Part shown: positions 30,654 to 41,355 of the stretch, piece after piece
Layout of the letters: every line of letters starts with the position of its first letter
How positions within the stretch are numbered: the stretch's first letter is position 1
Source: Elusimicrobiota bacterium
GTDB lineage: Bacteria; Elusimicrobiota; Elusimicrobia; Elusimicrobiales; UBA9959
Direction of reading: 5' to 3'
NCBI GenBank assembly: GCA_036574205.1
Contig: JAINCQ010000038.1
Location: forward strand, 1 to 51,179
DNA length: 51,179 bases
Position numbers and translations under genes: made by a program
Notes under the pieces: model-generated
Databases searched by the model: none
Seen by the model: the letters and a program-made list of their open reading frames with translations, nothing else
Told to the model about the DNA's origin: nothing

Positions 30654-31425
30654 AATTCCTTACTATTAAAATAGTAAGCGAAATAATGAATGCAACAACA
30701 GAAATAATCTGTCCCTGAGAAAATCCAAGCAGAAAACCGCCTCTATCATCCCCTCTAAAGAACTCAACAGTAAATCTTAGACCTGAATAAAGTATTATAT
30801 AAAGCAAAATTACTCCTCCATCTGTTAATTTCTTTTTATAATAAACAAAATTTAAAATAACAAATATTAAAAAGTTACCAGATGACTCATATAACTGAGT
30901 TGGATGAATTTTTTCACCAAGCAATTGAGGATTAACTTCACACATAGGATTTGTAAACCTGACTCCAAAAATTGAATCAGTTGGACCGCCATGACAACAG
31001 CCCGCAAAAAAACATCCTAATCTTCCTATTGAATGAGCAAGAGCTATAGCAGGAGCAAAAAAATCAGAAATTTTCCAGAAATTAAGACCTTTTTTCTTTA
31101 CGAAAATCCAGGCGGAGATAAAACCGCCTAAAAATCCGCCATAAAAAACAAAACCAGCTTTTAAAGTGTCAAAAGAAAAAATGTTTGATAATTTTTCAAT
31201 AAAACTATCTCCAAAATAATTAAAAAAAGTAATAATATACAAAATCTTTGCCCCAATAAAACCACCGACAACAATAAAAAAAATTAAATCGGAAATTATT
31301 TTTCGATCAAAACCCGCTTTTTTTGATTTTTTTATTAAATAATAGCTTGAAACAAGATAAGCAGTGGCTATCATAACACCATATAAAGGAATTTTAATAA
31401 AAGATAAATCAAGATAAGGATACAT
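30640..31425 (-). CDS. lgt: Prolipoprotein diacylglyceryl transferase
   Basis: YG.M, GFVFYGG, GRLGCFFAGCC, HPTQLYE, RFTVEFFR. Confidence 0.95.
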   Translation of the reverse strand: MYPYLDLSFIKIPLYGVMIATAYLVSSYYLIKKSKKAGFDRKIISDLIFFIVVGGFIGAKILYIITFFNYFGDSFIEKLSNIFSFDTLKAGFVFYGGFLGGFISAWIFVKKKGLNFWKISDFFAPAIALAHSIGRLGCFFAGCCHGGPTDSIFGVRFTNPMCEVNPQLLGEKIHPTQLYESSGNFLIFVILNFVYYKKKLTDGGVILLYIILYSGLRFTVEFFRGDDRGGFLLGFSQGQIISVVAFIISLTILIVRNYGRK

Positions 31426-32035
31426 TTAAAACCTCCATTACCTTTTTGAAATCATTAAGATAAAAAAAATCTCTGTTTTCCTTACGCATAATCTCAGCCA
31501 GTCTTAAAGTTGCAAAACAAATATCGCAAACGACTGCTGCCTTATAATCATTTGGAGCATCGCCACAAAAAATAGTTTTATATCCAAGCTTTTTGTATAA
31601 CAAAACCCTTTCCATCTTAAAATCACTAAGCGCCTTATCTTTGTTAAGAAAATCAAAAGAGATATCGCCGTTATTAAATTTGCCATAGTATCCCTTTAAC
31701 TTCAGTCCATAATTTTCAAAGACTTCTTCTATGTATAAATCAACCCCCCCGCTTACAACTTCAAAAGGGATTAAATTGCGATTTAAAAACTCAACCATCT
31801 GGCAAAAGCCATCTCTAAGTTTTATATGTTCTTTGATAGCCCTTTTAACCTGCGCAAGGTTTACACTCTTAATCCTTGAAAAATATTTTTTCATCCACTC
31901 CTCTATTTTAAGCCCAAACTCATATGAATCTTCTATTTCTTTTTCAGTCGCCAGATTAAAATGTAAAAGCAAAAAATCTCCAACATCCTTTGTCGTTATA
32001 GTACCATCAAAATCGCTAATTATAGCTACCTTCAT
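31409..32035 (-). CDS. HAD-IB phosphatase (MtnX-like)
   Basis: DFDGTIT, VVSGG, K, GDAPND. Confidence 0.85.
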   Translation of the reverse strand: MKVAIISDFDGTITTKDVGDFLLLHFNLATEKEIEDSYEFGLKIEEWMKKYFSRIKSVNLAQVKRAIKEHIKLRDGFCQMVEFLNRNLIPFEVVSGGVDLYIEEVFENYGLKLKGYYGKFNNGDISFDFLNKDKALSDFKMERVLLYKKLGYKTIFCGDAPNDYKAAVVCDICFATLRLAEIMRKENRDFFYLNDFKKVMEVLNVSLS

Positions 32036-32649
32036 AATGCTATAGAAAGAAACCTATCTTTATCTGGAGCATATTTTATAAATATATTCTCTTTTTTCTC
32101 CCTGCCAATCGTAGTCATATTCCTTTCATAATCATGACCAGGCCAGACTATTATATCATCGCTAAGATTAGAAAGTTTTATAAGACTTTTTCTCATTTTC
32201 TCTGGATCTGAATGAGGTAAATCCACCCTTCCACAAACTCCGGCAAAAAGAGTATCACCTGAAAAAAGATTATTTCCAACAAGATAGCAAACGCTTCCCT
32301 CGCTATGACCGGGGGTATGAATCACTTTTATATCAATACCGCATATATTAATATTCTGCTCATCACAAACATATTTAAAATCATATTTAAAATCTAAAAA
32401 ACTTAAATCCTTTTCACATATATAAACACAAATATCTTTAAAAGCTGAAATTATTTTCTTTGTATCCATAAAATGATCAAAATGTCCATGTGTCAGAAAA
32501 ATTGCCGATAACTTTTTTTTCTTTTCCTGCGCATATTTTACTATCTCATTAAATCCCCATGAAGGGTCTATGACAATAAAACAATCATTATTTGACAACA
32601 TATATGTAAAATTTTCCATATAACCGACTTTAATCTGTTGGATATCCAT
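32032..32649 (-). CDS. MBL-fold metallo-hydrolase (glyoxalase II-like)
   Basis: THGHFDH, HTPGHS, GDTLF, PGH. Confidence 0.92.
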   Translation of the reverse strand: MDIQQIKVGYMENFTYMLSNNDCFIVIDPSWGFNEIVKYAQEKKKKLSAIFLTHGHFDHFMDTKKIISAFKDICVYICEKDLSFLDFKYDFKYVCDEQNINICGIDIKVIHTPGHSEGSVCYLVGNNLFSGDTLFAGVCGRVDLPHSDPEKMRKSLIKLSNLSDDIIVWPGHDYERNMTTIGREKKENIFIKYAPDKDRFLSIAL

Positions 32650-32933
32650 TATTTGTCTTTTGGCGGGTTAAATCTATATTCTATCTCATCGCTTTTTTTA
32701 AGCCCAAGCCTTATTCTTGCATTATATTCCACAAACTCAGTTTTATCCGTCATTGATATTTTTGATTTAAGTTTTTGATTTTCTTTCAGAAGTTTTTTCT
32801 TATAACTACTAAGTTTATAAACCTGATAATAATTCTTTATCAAATTATAAATTCCCCCTGCCGAAAAAACAAGTCCTAAAGATATGAGAACAAGATATTT
32901 TACCTTTAGTTTAATTGATTTAGAAGTTCTCAT
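32649..32933 (-). CDS. ftsB: Septum formation initiator FtsB/DivIC
   Basis: TM, coiled coil, [11 protein letters not shown]...E; directly downstream of eno. Confidence 0.8.
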   Translation of the reverse strand: MRTSKSIKLKVKYLVLISLGLVFSAGGIYNLIKNYYQVYKLSSYKKKLLKENQKLKSKISMTDKTEFVEYNARIRLGLKKSDEIEYRFNPPKDK

Positions 32934-34219
32934 TTAACGCTAAAAAACTTTTCTCCAGCATACTTAGCTTTTTTACCAAGTTCTTCCTCTATTCTTATAA
33001 GTTGATTATATTTAGAAAGCCTTTCGCTTCTTGCTGGAGCGCCGGTCTTTAAAACTCCAGCATTTGTAGCAACAGCAAAATCTGCTATAAAACTATCTTC
33101 CGTCTCGCCTGAACGATGAGATATAATCGTTGCATAATTGTGACGTCTTGCCATTTCAATAACATTTAATGTTTCTGTAATTGTTCCTATCTGATTTAAT
33201 TTAATTAATATAGCATTTGCTATCTGTTGTGCTATTCCTTTTTCAAATATAGAAGGATTGGTTACAAAGATATCGTCACCTATAATCCTTGTTTTTCTAC
33301 CAAGCTGCTTTGTAAATACTGCCCATCCTTCCCAATCATATTCAGATAATGGATCTTCGTAACTTATAATTGGGAAATATTTTCTCAACTCCTCATATTT
33401 TGATATCATTTCTTTTGAAGTGAAAGTTGATCCTTCATACATATATTTTCCCTCTTTATAAAACTCACTTGCGGCAGAATCAATACCTATTTTTATTTCC
33501 TTAACATTATGTCCTGATTTTGCTATCGCATCAACTATAGTTTCAAATACCGTTTCATGGGTAAATATTTTTGGAGCAAATCCTCCTTCATCACCAACAG
33601 AAACAGTATATCCTTTTGCTACAAGTATTTTTTTAAGGCTATGATAAACTTCACTTGCCATTCTCATAGCATCTCTAAAACTATGCGCTCCAACAGGAAT
33701 TATCATAAACTCCTGAATTGAAAGACCACTATCAGCATGTTTTCCACCATTTACAATATTTAGCATTGGTGTTGGGAGATAATAATCTTTATCTTTAATC
33801 CCACTCATCTTCCTTATATAAGCATAAAGCGGCATATTAAGAGCATTTGCCGATGCTCTCGCAATAGCCATTGAAACTGAAAGTATCGCATTTGCGCCAA
33901 GTTTTGATTTATTAGGGGTTCCATCAAGCTCAATCATCAACTTGTCTATCTTTTGCTGCTCTGTCGGTTTTAACCCAATTACAGCTTTGGATATAATGTT
34001 ATTGACATTGGAAACAGCATTTAAAACACCTTTTCCATGAAATCTCTTTGGATCCCCATCCCTTAATTCAAGAGCCTCATTTGAACCTGTTGAAGCTCCG
34101 CTTGGAACTGCAGCCCTTCCCATTGAACCATCTGAAAGAAAGACATCTGTTTCTATAGTAGGAAAACCTCTTGAGTCAAGTATCTCCCTTGCAAAAACCT
34201 TTTTAATTTTAACATCCAT
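32930..34219 (-). CDS. eno: Enolase
   Basis: [43 protein letters not shown]. Confidence 0.98.
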   Translation of the reverse strand: MDVKIKKVFAREILDSRGFPTIETDVFLSDGSMGRAAVPSGASTGSNEALELRDGDPKRFHGKGVLNAVSNVNNIISKAVIGLKPTEQQKIDKLMIELDGTPNKSKLGANAILSVSMAIARASANALNMPLYAYIRKMSGIKDKDYYLPTPMLNIVNGGKHADSGLSIQEFMIIPVGAHSFRDAMRMASEVYHSLKKILVAKGYTVSVGDEGGFAPKIFTHETVFETIVDAIAKSGHNVKEIKIGIDSAASEFYKEGKYMYEGSTFTSKEMISKYEELRKYFPIISYEDPLSEYDWEGWAVFTKQLGRKTRIIGDDIFVTNPSIFEKGIAQQIANAILIKLNQIGTITETLNVIEMARRHNYATIISHRSGETEDSFIADFAVATNAGVLKTGAPARSERLSKYNQLIRIEEELGKKAKYAGEKFFSVK

Positions 34220-34441
34220 ATCTCCTCCTTAAAAATCACAAAGCACAGAATTTTATTTTAAAACCTGCCTTAATATCAATTATAGCATTTTATTAAAGAC
34301 CTGTTAAAATTTTAAAAAGTTAAACCCAACCTAAAATTTAATAACTGCATTAAAAATCTCTAATATAAACTTTCTTGAATATAATCCAAAAGATAGATGC
34401 CAGATTGATATTTACTATAATTTATTTGTTTTAAAAAAAAT

Positions 34442-35929
34442 CTAACTATTTATAATCCTCTTGCCTTCCTCAATAAGCTCATAAAGAAATTTTTGATCAT
34501 TTGACTCTGCGTATATTCTAACAACAGGCTCTGTTCCGCTTGGCCTTAGGCCAAGCCACGCCCCATTTTTAAGGATAAACTTAAAGCCATCTGTATGGTC
34601 AATTCTCCATACTGAATTACATGCTAATTTCAACGGAGGATTTTTTTTCAATCTTTCTATAATCTTACCCATATCTATATTTTCATTTATCTTAAAATTT
34701 ATGCGTTCATTATAATATTTTCCATAACTCTTTTCTACTTTACTTATTATTGAGTTTAAATTATTCCCCTCATAGGCTATCATTTCTGCTACAAGTAAAC
34801 ATGCAAGTATCCCATCTTTCTCTGGCACATGACCTGTTATTGTAAGTCCACCGGATTCCTCACCTCCTATAAGATAGCCACCTCTTCTTAACAAATCTCC
34901 TATATATTTAAAACCAACGGGAGTTTCTCTTACCTCAGTCCCATAATCCTTAGCTATAGCATCAACCATATGTGAGGTCATAACACTTCTTACAACTCCC
35001 CCTCTCATCTTTTTATTTTCAAGCAAATGATAGTAACAAAGTGAAAGAACAAGATTTGGCGAAAGCCATTTTCCATTAGATGTAATTATTCCAAATCTAT
35101 CAGCATCGCCATCTGTAGCAAGACCAACATCAGATTTATTTTTTACAACCGTATTTTTCAAAAGCAAAAGATTCTCTTCATCAGTATCAGGAGAACGTCC
35201 TCCAAAATAAACATCTCTGTTTTCTCTTATTCCTATTGAAGATATACCTGAATCTTCCAAAATCTTTCTCAAATAACTTCTTGCTGTCCCATAAACACTA
35301 TCAATCGTTATTTTTATACCAGATGATTTTATTCTTTTGAAATCAATTATCTTGTTTATTTGGTCAAAGTAATCTTTATGAAAATCAACTACCCTTATAA
35401 TCTTGCTTGAAACGGCCGTATTAAAGTCAATATATCTTTCTATAAGGGACTCTGTCATATTTAAAGCTCTGCTTTCAATATCATTTGTTATATCCACAGT
35501 CGCAGGGCCGCCCCAGAAAGGAGTCCATTTATAACCATTATATTCCGGAGGATTATGACTTGCGGTTATCGTAACTCCTCCAATAGCTCCATATTTGATA
35601 ACCATCCAGGCTATAACAGGAGTTGGCGCTTCAATATTTGAAAAAATAACATTTATGCCATGATAGGCAAATACCTCACTTACTACCTTTGCCGCCACCT
35701 CAGAAAAAAATCTCGTGTCATATCCCACAACCACAGTCGGTAAAGACGGCTTCATTTTATTTTTAGCCTTTAGATACAGTTCATACTCTTCCCCATTAAA
35801 ACCATATCTATTATTTTCCTTTATATGTAAAGCCGTCGCATGCGCGACGCAACGAAGGTTATATATATTATAATGTTCACCAATTTTTGCCCTCCAACCG
35901 GAGGTTCCAAATTTTATTAATGTAACCAT
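34442..35929 (-). CDS. Phosphoglucomutase/phosphomannomutase (start probably MVTL at 35929)
   Basis: FGTSGWR, TASHNP, DGDADR, GEESGG, RPSGTEP. Confidence 0.95.
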   Translation of the reverse strand: MVTLIKFGTSGWRAKIGEHYNIYNLRCVAHATALHIKENNRYGFNGEEYELYLKAKNKMKPSLPTVVVGYDTRFFSEVAAKVVSEVFAYHGINVIFSNIEAPTPVIAWMVIKYGAIGGVTITASHNPPEYNGYKWTPFWGGPATVDITNDIESRALNMTESLIERYIDFNTAVSSKIIRVVDFHKDYFDQINKIIDFKRIKSSGIKITIDSVYGTARSYLRKILEDSGISSIGIRENRDVYFGGRSPDTDEENLLLLKNTVVKNKSDVGLATDGDADRFGIITSNGKWLSPNLVLSLCYYHLLENKKMRGGVVRSVMTSHMVDAIAKDYGTEVRETPVGFKYIGDLLRRGGYLIGGEESGGLTITGHVPEKDGILACLLVAEMIAYEGNNLNSIISKVEKSYGKYYNERINFKINENIDMGKIIERLKKNPPLKLACNSVWRIDHTDGFKFILKNGAWLGLRPSGTEPVVRIYAESNDQKFLYELIEEGKRIINS

Positions 35930-36062
35930 AGATAAAAAATATAGCAAAAAAAAGAATAATAATCAATACATTGTAAGAACTATACATATTTTAGTGATTC
36001 TGTTTTTCAAAATTGTATTGCATATGCCCCATAGTTTTTCTATAATAACATAGAATCATTTA

Positions 36063-36100
36063 ACTCCATTCTTAAAAACAATCGTCTTTTAAAGTGGAGT
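36063..36100. terminator. Imperfect stem-loop downstream of the motor cluster
   Basis: actcca..ttaaaa..ttttaa..tggagt inverted repeat about 65 bp after the last gene; no clean U-tract on the minus strand. Confidence 0.35.
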
Positions 36101-36165
36101 CAGCTTTTTATAAATTTTATTTTTTGGGATAGTAATGATAACTTAACATTAAGTTTAAAATTTAT

Positions 36166-36873
36166 TTAAAAACCGAAAGCTTTAAATATATCATCATCAG
36201 AAGGCGATGTCTTTTCCTCTTTCTTTGTTTCTGTTTTAGGTTTTTCCTCTTTTGTCTGTGGAGGAATCTGACCGGGAAGAGTTTTCATTTTTCCAAACCC
36301 TTCCCCAACCGGCGCAACTATAACTGCCCTTATTCCTTCGGCAAATGCTAAAAATCCAGTATCAAGATTATAATACAATCTAAAAGGGGATTCTTTAATT
36401 TGAGGCTCATATGTTTTTCCAAGATTGTTTTTCTGCTGCTCCCATCCTGGATTATAAACTATCTTTCCCCTGACATCAACCTCATTGTCTATAACAGGGA
36501 GAGAAAATCTTATCTTATATATACCCATTGTATCGCTTACACCTGGCATAAAATTAAGGCTAATCATTGATGAAACATTTTCCTCTATTATATTTTCATC
36601 TTCTTTTTTTAACACATCGCTCAAAGCTTTTACAGTAACACCCTCTATGGGATTGCCATAATAATCTGTAATAACTCCCGCAATTGAACCTTCAAGAAAT
36701 ATTCCAAGCTTTGTGGTGGTAAAAAAAAGAAAATTTTTTTTGCCTATGACTTTCTTTGTTAAAGCCAAATCAGTAACACGCCCGTCTGTAAAATCAACAA
36801 CTTTTATATTGGAACTCGAAAAACATCCACTTAACAAAAAGGAGATTATTATTATAAATTTACTTTTTTTCAT
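36166..36873 (-). CDS. Lipoprotein with carboxypeptidase-regulatory-like (Cna-B-type) beta domain; overlaps motB
   Basis: Lipobox LSGC; GSIAGVITDYYGNPIEGVTV...SDTMGIYKI; charged low-complexity tail. Confidence 0.75.
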   Translation of the reverse strand: MKKSKFIIIISFLLSGCFSSSNIKVVDFTDGRVTDLALTKKVIGKKNFLFFTTTKLGIFLEGSIAGVITDYYGNPIEGVTVKALSDVLKKEDENIIEENVSSMISLNFMPGVSDTMGIYKIRFSLPVIDNEVDVRGKIVYNPGWEQQKNNLGKTYEPQIKESPFRLYYNLDTGFLAFAEGIRAVIVAPVGEGFGKMKTLPGQIPPQTKEEKPKTETKKEEKTSPSDDDIFKAFGF

Positions 36874-37498
36874 CCTTTATTTTTCCTCCAAAAGTCTTCA
36901 CAAAGAAAACCACTCTTCTATTTTTCTGCCTTCCTTCAGGAGTCGAATTCTCAGCTACAGGTCTATACTCTCCATAACCTATGGCGGAAATTCTTTTTGG
37001 ATTAAAATCATTATCAATAAGATATCTTACGACAGAGGTTGCCCTTGCTGTTGAAAGCTCCCAGTTTGAAGCAAACTGTTTTGTAAATATAGGAACATTA
37101 TCAGTATGTCCCTCTACAATTATCTCATAATCTTGAGAAAGTTTTTTCAATGCTGGAATTATTTTATCAATTGTCTGTTTTATCTCATCGGTAAGATCAG
37201 CCTTTCCACTTTCAAAAAAAGGCAATTGCCCCTGTTCTTGAAGAGTTATTCTCAAACCCTCTTTATTTATTTCAACCTGCCCGGACATCTCGCCTTTATT
37301 CATCATTTCTTTAATCTGCTGAGCAGCATTCTGAACATTTTTATTCAAAGCAGCGCTTAAAGCGTATAAAATAATAAAAAAACACACCATTTCAGTCATA
37401 AGGTCTGCGTAATTTACCATCCATGGAGGAGCGGGATGTCCTATCTGTGAAACCCTCGGGTCATCTTCGGGTATCATGTTTTTAGCTCTTACAGACAT
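36860..37498 (-). CDS. motB: Stator protein MotB (compact, 212 aa)
   Basis: WMVNYADLMT (essential Asp) TM; OmpA-like peptidoglycan-binding domain GHTDNVP, NWELSTARA, GYGEYRP, NRRV. Confidence 0.93.
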   Translation of the reverse strand: MSVRAKNMIPEDDPRVSQIGHPAPPWMVNYADLMTEMVCFFIILYALSAALNKNVQNAAQQIKEMMNKGEMSGQVEINKEGLRITLQEQGQLPFFESGKADLTDEIKQTIDKIIPALKKLSQDYEIIVEGHTDNVPIFTKQFASNWELSTARATSVVRYLIDNDFNPKRISAIGYGEYRPVAENSTPEGRQKNRRVVFFVKTFGGKIKDEKK

Positions 37499-38278
37499 TT
37501 ATTCCTCTTTCTTTATAGCCTGTCTTTTTGATGGCTCTAAATAAGCCTTAAGATTTGCTTCTACTATAGAAGGGGTTGCTCCACTTTGAAGTAAAAGAAC
37601 ACCCCTGATAATTATCTCCTTTATAAATATTTCCTCTTCAGATCTTAATTTAAGTTTTCCAGCCATAGGAAGGAAAAGCCAGTATCCAGAGCCAAGTCCG
37701 TAAAAAGCGGATGCAAGAGCCAGCGCCATTCTTCTTGGCACCTGCGCCACATCGTCTATAGTTGAAAGCATAAGTATCATTCCAAGAACTGTTCCTATTA
37801 TTCCAAATGCCGGAGCATATGTTCCAAGAGCGTTAAATATTTCCCTGCCAATTTTATGCCTTTCTCTTATAAAATCAAGTTCAGTTTCAAGCATATTCTT
37901 TATAAAATCATGATCCGCGCCATCTATAACAAGCTGTATGGCTCTTTTCATAAAATCATCATTTATATTTTTTACATCTGCCTCAAGAGCCAGGAAACCC
38001 TCTTTTTTAGCTTTTTGTGATAATGCTACAAAAGTAGAAACAAGTTTTGACGTATCTTCACCCTTTGAAGTCATTACTTTTTTCAAAACCTTCCATAAAC
38101 CTATAACCCTTGACAATGGGAAATTTACTAAAAGCGCGCAAAAAGTTCCACCCATAACAACTAAAAGAGCCTCTATATTCATAAAAGGCAGAAAACCCTT
38201 CAATCCTTCCTGAAGGTAAACTGCGCCAACAACGAAACCCATAAAAACCAGTATCCCGGTAAATGTAGCTATATCCAT
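37499..38278 (-). CDS. motA: Stator protein MotA/PomA
   Basis: MDIAT..G, LVVMGGT, KKEGFLALE, APAFGIIGTVLGMI, FYG...LFLP, G.TP. Confidence 0.94.
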   Translation of the reverse strand: MDIATFTGILVFMGFVVGAVYLQEGLKGFLPFMNIEALLVVMGGTFCALLVNFPLSRVIGLWKVLKKVMTSKGEDTSKLVSTFVALSQKAKKEGFLALEADVKNINDDFMKRAIQLVIDGADHDFIKNMLETELDFIRERHKIGREIFNALGTYAPAFGIIGTVLGMILMLSTIDDVAQVPRRMALALASAFYGLGSGYWLFLPMAGKLKLRSEEEIFIKEIIIRGVLLLQSGATPSIVEANLKAYLEPSKRQAIKKEE

Positions 38279-38286
38279 ATCTCACC

Positions 38287-38511
38287 TCATTTTTTTTCAA
38301 AACCCTCTATAGGATTTATAACCTTTCTTTCAGAATAAACTCTTTTCTTATACTCCACAACTTTTTCTATAACTAAATTTTTATCTTCTTTTACTATAAA
38401 TCTATTACCTGTAACAAGGTTTATAACAGTATCCGGAGACGATTCAACGCTTTCTATAAGCTCAGCGTTTATCACTATTTCCAGATTATTTAATTTATGC
38501 AATATTATCAT
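38287..38511 (-). CDS. flbD: FlbD/SwrD family protein (start probably MIILHK at 38511)
   Basis: MI.L.KLN....INAELIE.VE..PDTVI.L.TG..FIVKE....VIEKV.EYK; flbD-motA-motB synteny. Confidence 0.92.
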   Translation of the reverse strand: MIILHKLNNLEIVINAELIESVESSPDTVINLVTGNRFIVKEDKNLVIEKVVEYKKRVYSERKVINPIEGFEKK

Positions 38512-38536
38512 CTCTGTATAATTATACAAAAAAAGA

Positions 38537-41308
38537 TTATTTTTGTCCTTTCTTCAACTCCTCTATCTGTTTTTTTAACATTTCAATAGTTTTTTCTTTT
38601 TCTTCCCATCCTGTTACATAGGTATGAAGCTGCGCAAGAAGCTCATTATAATCTGAGTTTAAAGCATTCATGTTATTATTCAATTCCTCTATTTTCTTAT
38701 CAGCCATCTCGGATTTTGCTTTTGTCATAAAATAAGCGTTTTTAAGTTTTTCATATTCAGCTTTATACTTTTCCACAAATTGCATATATTTTGCCAGTTC
38801 CGCATTCAATCTAACTATCTCATCTTTACTGGACTGTTTATTATCATCCGACAAAGCTTGAGTTAAAAGTTTTTCATTTTCTTCCTTTAATTTATCTCTT
38901 TCCTCTATTATATTTTTAAGATCCTGAGAAAGCGACTCTATCTGCGAAGAATATTTTTCTTCAATATCAGAAATTTTCTTTTCAAAATCATCAGTTGATT
39001 TGTTTTCTAAACCTTTATTTTCAAGCCCCTTTATTTTTTCTTCCAAATCAGATATTTCTTTATTCTTATTTTCAATCTCCTTCTCATATTCAGAAACTTT
39101 TGAAGCAAGTTTTTCAGCCTCAACTCTTTTCTCGTCAAAAGATTTAATAATAGTCTCCAATTCTTCTATTTTCTTGCGGCTTTGCTCAATTTCGATTTTT
39201 AACGAAGAAATCTCATTCTCTTGATCATTAATTTTACGATCTTTCATCTCCACTTCTTTTATCTTTTCCTCATATTCTCTTCTCAGCTCACTAATTCTCA
39301 TTTCAATCTCAGACTCCATCTGCTTCTTATTTTCCTCTTGTATTTCGGCAACATTCTTCTCATAATCTTCCTTAAGTTTTTTAATTTTATCCTCATAATC
39401 TGATATAAGCTTTTGATTATCTTCTGAGTTTAAAATCATTTCCTTATATTTATTCAACTCCTCTTCATAAGCTTTTCTTATAGCAGAGTTTTCCAGATTC
39501 AACTTTTTTATCTCATCCATAAGCGCAGATATTTTTTTTGAAAGTGAGTCTTTTTCAGCCAGAAGTTTTCTATTTTCAGATTCAAGAAAAATTTTCGTTG
39601 CCACTATTTTTTTAGCCGAATCATTTGCCTTTTCAAATCTTTCATTGTAAGTTTTTTTTACAGAATTTATTATCTCATCTTTTTGTTTCAACTCTCTTAT
39701 AAGATCTTCACTTTTCTCTTTAAGAATTTCTATTTGAGATAAATTTTTTTCGTTTTCATATTTAGTTTTCTCAAGATCTTTTTCCATTACCTTATTTTTA
39801 TTTAATATATTTGCATACTCCTTTTCTATCTCTTTACTAAGTGATTCCATTTTTTTAAACCTTTCGGAAAGCATCTCTATTTCATCCTTATACTTACTTA
39901 ATTCTATTTCTTTCTTTTTTAAAGACTCGTTAAGCCTTAAATTTTCCATCTCAAGCTCACCAATTTTTTCAGAATACCTTGTTTCTACTTTATTCACCTC
40001 AGATTTAAAATTAGTCTGCAATCTTTCATTCTCAGCTTTAATTTTATCAACTTCTTTTTCCATCTCTTTATTTAACAAATCCATCTTTCTTAAGCGTTCA
40101 GATAGTATATCCAGATCACCTTTATATTTATTTAATTCTACCTCTTTCCTTTTTAAAGATTCATTAAGTGTGGAGTTTTCCAACTCCAACACGTTAACTC
40201 TTTCAGAATATCTTATTTCTACCTTATTCACCTCAGATTTAAAATTAGTCTGTAACCTTTCATTTTCAGCTTTTAATTTGAAATTTTCCTGGGAAATCTC
40301 AGATTTTAAAAGGTTTAGCTCGGATATTAAAACATCTTTTTCTCTAATAGCTTTTTCATAGTCAAACTTAATCTTTTCTATCTCTTTTTGTCTTTCAAAG
40401 ATATTTTTTTCTGTCATCTCCCCAATCTGCCTTCTTAATTCAGAGATTTCCTTTAAAAGACCATCTTCTTTCATCTTAAATTTATCCGATTCAAGATTAA
40501 ACTGAGCTTTCAAATTAGATATTTCGTTTTTTAAAACAATTATTTCTTTTTCTTTTTCCGGAATAAGTTTTATATATGTATCAAGAGAAATTCTTTCTTT
40601 CTCAAGATCATTTATTATTTTATTAAGCCGTTCAATCTCTTTAGCAGTTTGCTCTTTTTCTATAACAAACCTTTTATACTCATCTTCAATTCTACTTTTA
40701 GACTTTACCAGATCTTTTAACTTTCTTATTTCCTCATCCTTTTTTGAAATAATCTTTTGCCACTCTGCCTTTTCATCAAGGAATCTTCTTTCAAATTCCT
40801 GAAATCTCAAAACAAAATGTTCTTCAGCCTCTTTTGATGTTTTTTCTTTTTCCTGAAGCTGGGATTTTAAGGTTTGAACCCATGTTTCTCTCTCTTGAAT
40901 AAGTTTTATCTCAAGCTCTTTTATTCTGGATTTAAGAGCATTTTTTTCATCCTCTATTTCTTTTTCCCTCTGCGCTCTTTTGATTTTATCCTCTACCTCC
41001 CTTATAGAATTTTCAAGTTTTGATGCAAGAACCTCTTCCTGCTGACTTTTTATAGTAAGAGCTAAAACCTTTTCCCTTTCTTCTGCAAGACTTTTCTCAA
41101 GTTCAATAATCTTTTTTTCAAGTTTCTCCTTCTCCTCATTAATTTTTGAATAATCCTGTGTTTCTCCAATAGATGGAGTTGGTTTTGCTAAAGGCAGGGG
41201 GTTTTTAACTGGAAAAGAAGGAGACGGAAGAGGAGGTTTATTAATATTAGACTTTCCAGCCACAAATGGAGGAATAGGAGGCAAATTCTTTTTATTTAAC
41301 TCTGCCAT
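38537..41308 (-). CDS. 923-aa cytoplasmic coiled-coil protein with Pro-rich N-terminus
   Basis: Continuous K/E/L heptads; no TM, signal peptide or ATPase motif seen. Confidence 0.85.
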   Translation of the reverse strand: MAELNKKNLPPIPPFVAGKSNINKPPLPSPSFPVKNPLPLAKPTPSIGETQDYSKINEEKEKLEKKIIELEKSLAEEREKVLALTIKSQQEEVLASKLENSIREVEDKIKRAQREKEIEDEKNALKSRIKELEIKLIQERETWVQTLKSQLQEKEKTSKEAEEHFVLRFQEFERRFLDEKAEWQKIISKKDEEIRKLKDLVKSKSRIEDEYKRFVIEKEQTAKEIERLNKIINDLEKERISLDTYIKLIPEKEKEIIVLKNEISNLKAQFNLESDKFKMKEDGLLKEISELRRQIGEMTEKNIFERQKEIEKIKFDYEKAIREKDVLISELNLLKSEISQENFKLKAENERLQTNFKSEVNKVEIRYSERVNVLELENSTLNESLKRKEVELNKYKGDLDILSERLRKMDLLNKEMEKEVDKIKAENERLQTNFKSEVNKVETRYSEKIGELEMENLRLNESLKKKEIELSKYKDEIEMLSERFKKMESLSKEIEKEYANILNKNKVMEKDLEKTKYENEKNLSQIEILKEKSEDLIRELKQKDEIINSVKKTYNERFEKANDSAKKIVATKIFLESENRKLLAEKDSLSKKISALMDEIKKLNLENSAIRKAYEEELNKYKEMILNSEDNQKLISDYEDKIKKLKEDYEKNVAEIQEENKKQMESEIEMRISELRREYEEKIKEVEMKDRKINDQENEISSLKIEIEQSRKKIEELETIIKSFDEKRVEAEKLASKVSEYEKEIENKNKEISDLEEKIKGLENKGLENKSTDDFEKKISDIEEKYSSQIESLSQDLKNIIEERDKLKEENEKLLTQALSDDNKQSSKDEIVRLNAELAKYMQFVEKYKAEYEKLKNAYFMTKAKSEMADKKIEELNNNMNALNSDYNELLAQLHTYVTGWEEKEKTIEMLKKQIEELKKGQK
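39818..40279 (-). repeat. Intragenic 234-bp (78-aa) tandem duplication
   Basis: K.KAENERLQTNFKSEVNKVE.RYSE... occurs twice; cacctcagatttaaaattagtctg at 39995 and 40229. Confidence 0.85.
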
Positions 41309-41355
41309 ATAACTATATTCTAAAATTTAAGCATTTCAATAATATTAAAAAAATA

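Noticed and set aside
36860..38278. Zorya (ZorAB), ExbBD or TolQR interpretation of the stator pair
   Set aside because: MotA is 259 aa with no ZorA tail, no zorC/D/E genes are adjacent, MotB has a flagellar-type TM motif plus an OmpA-like domain, and flbD and a FliG-domain gene are linked.
38537..41308. SMC/SbcC or phage tape-measure call for the coiled coil
   Set aside because: No Walker A/B, signature or hinge motif seen, and no phage genes nearby.
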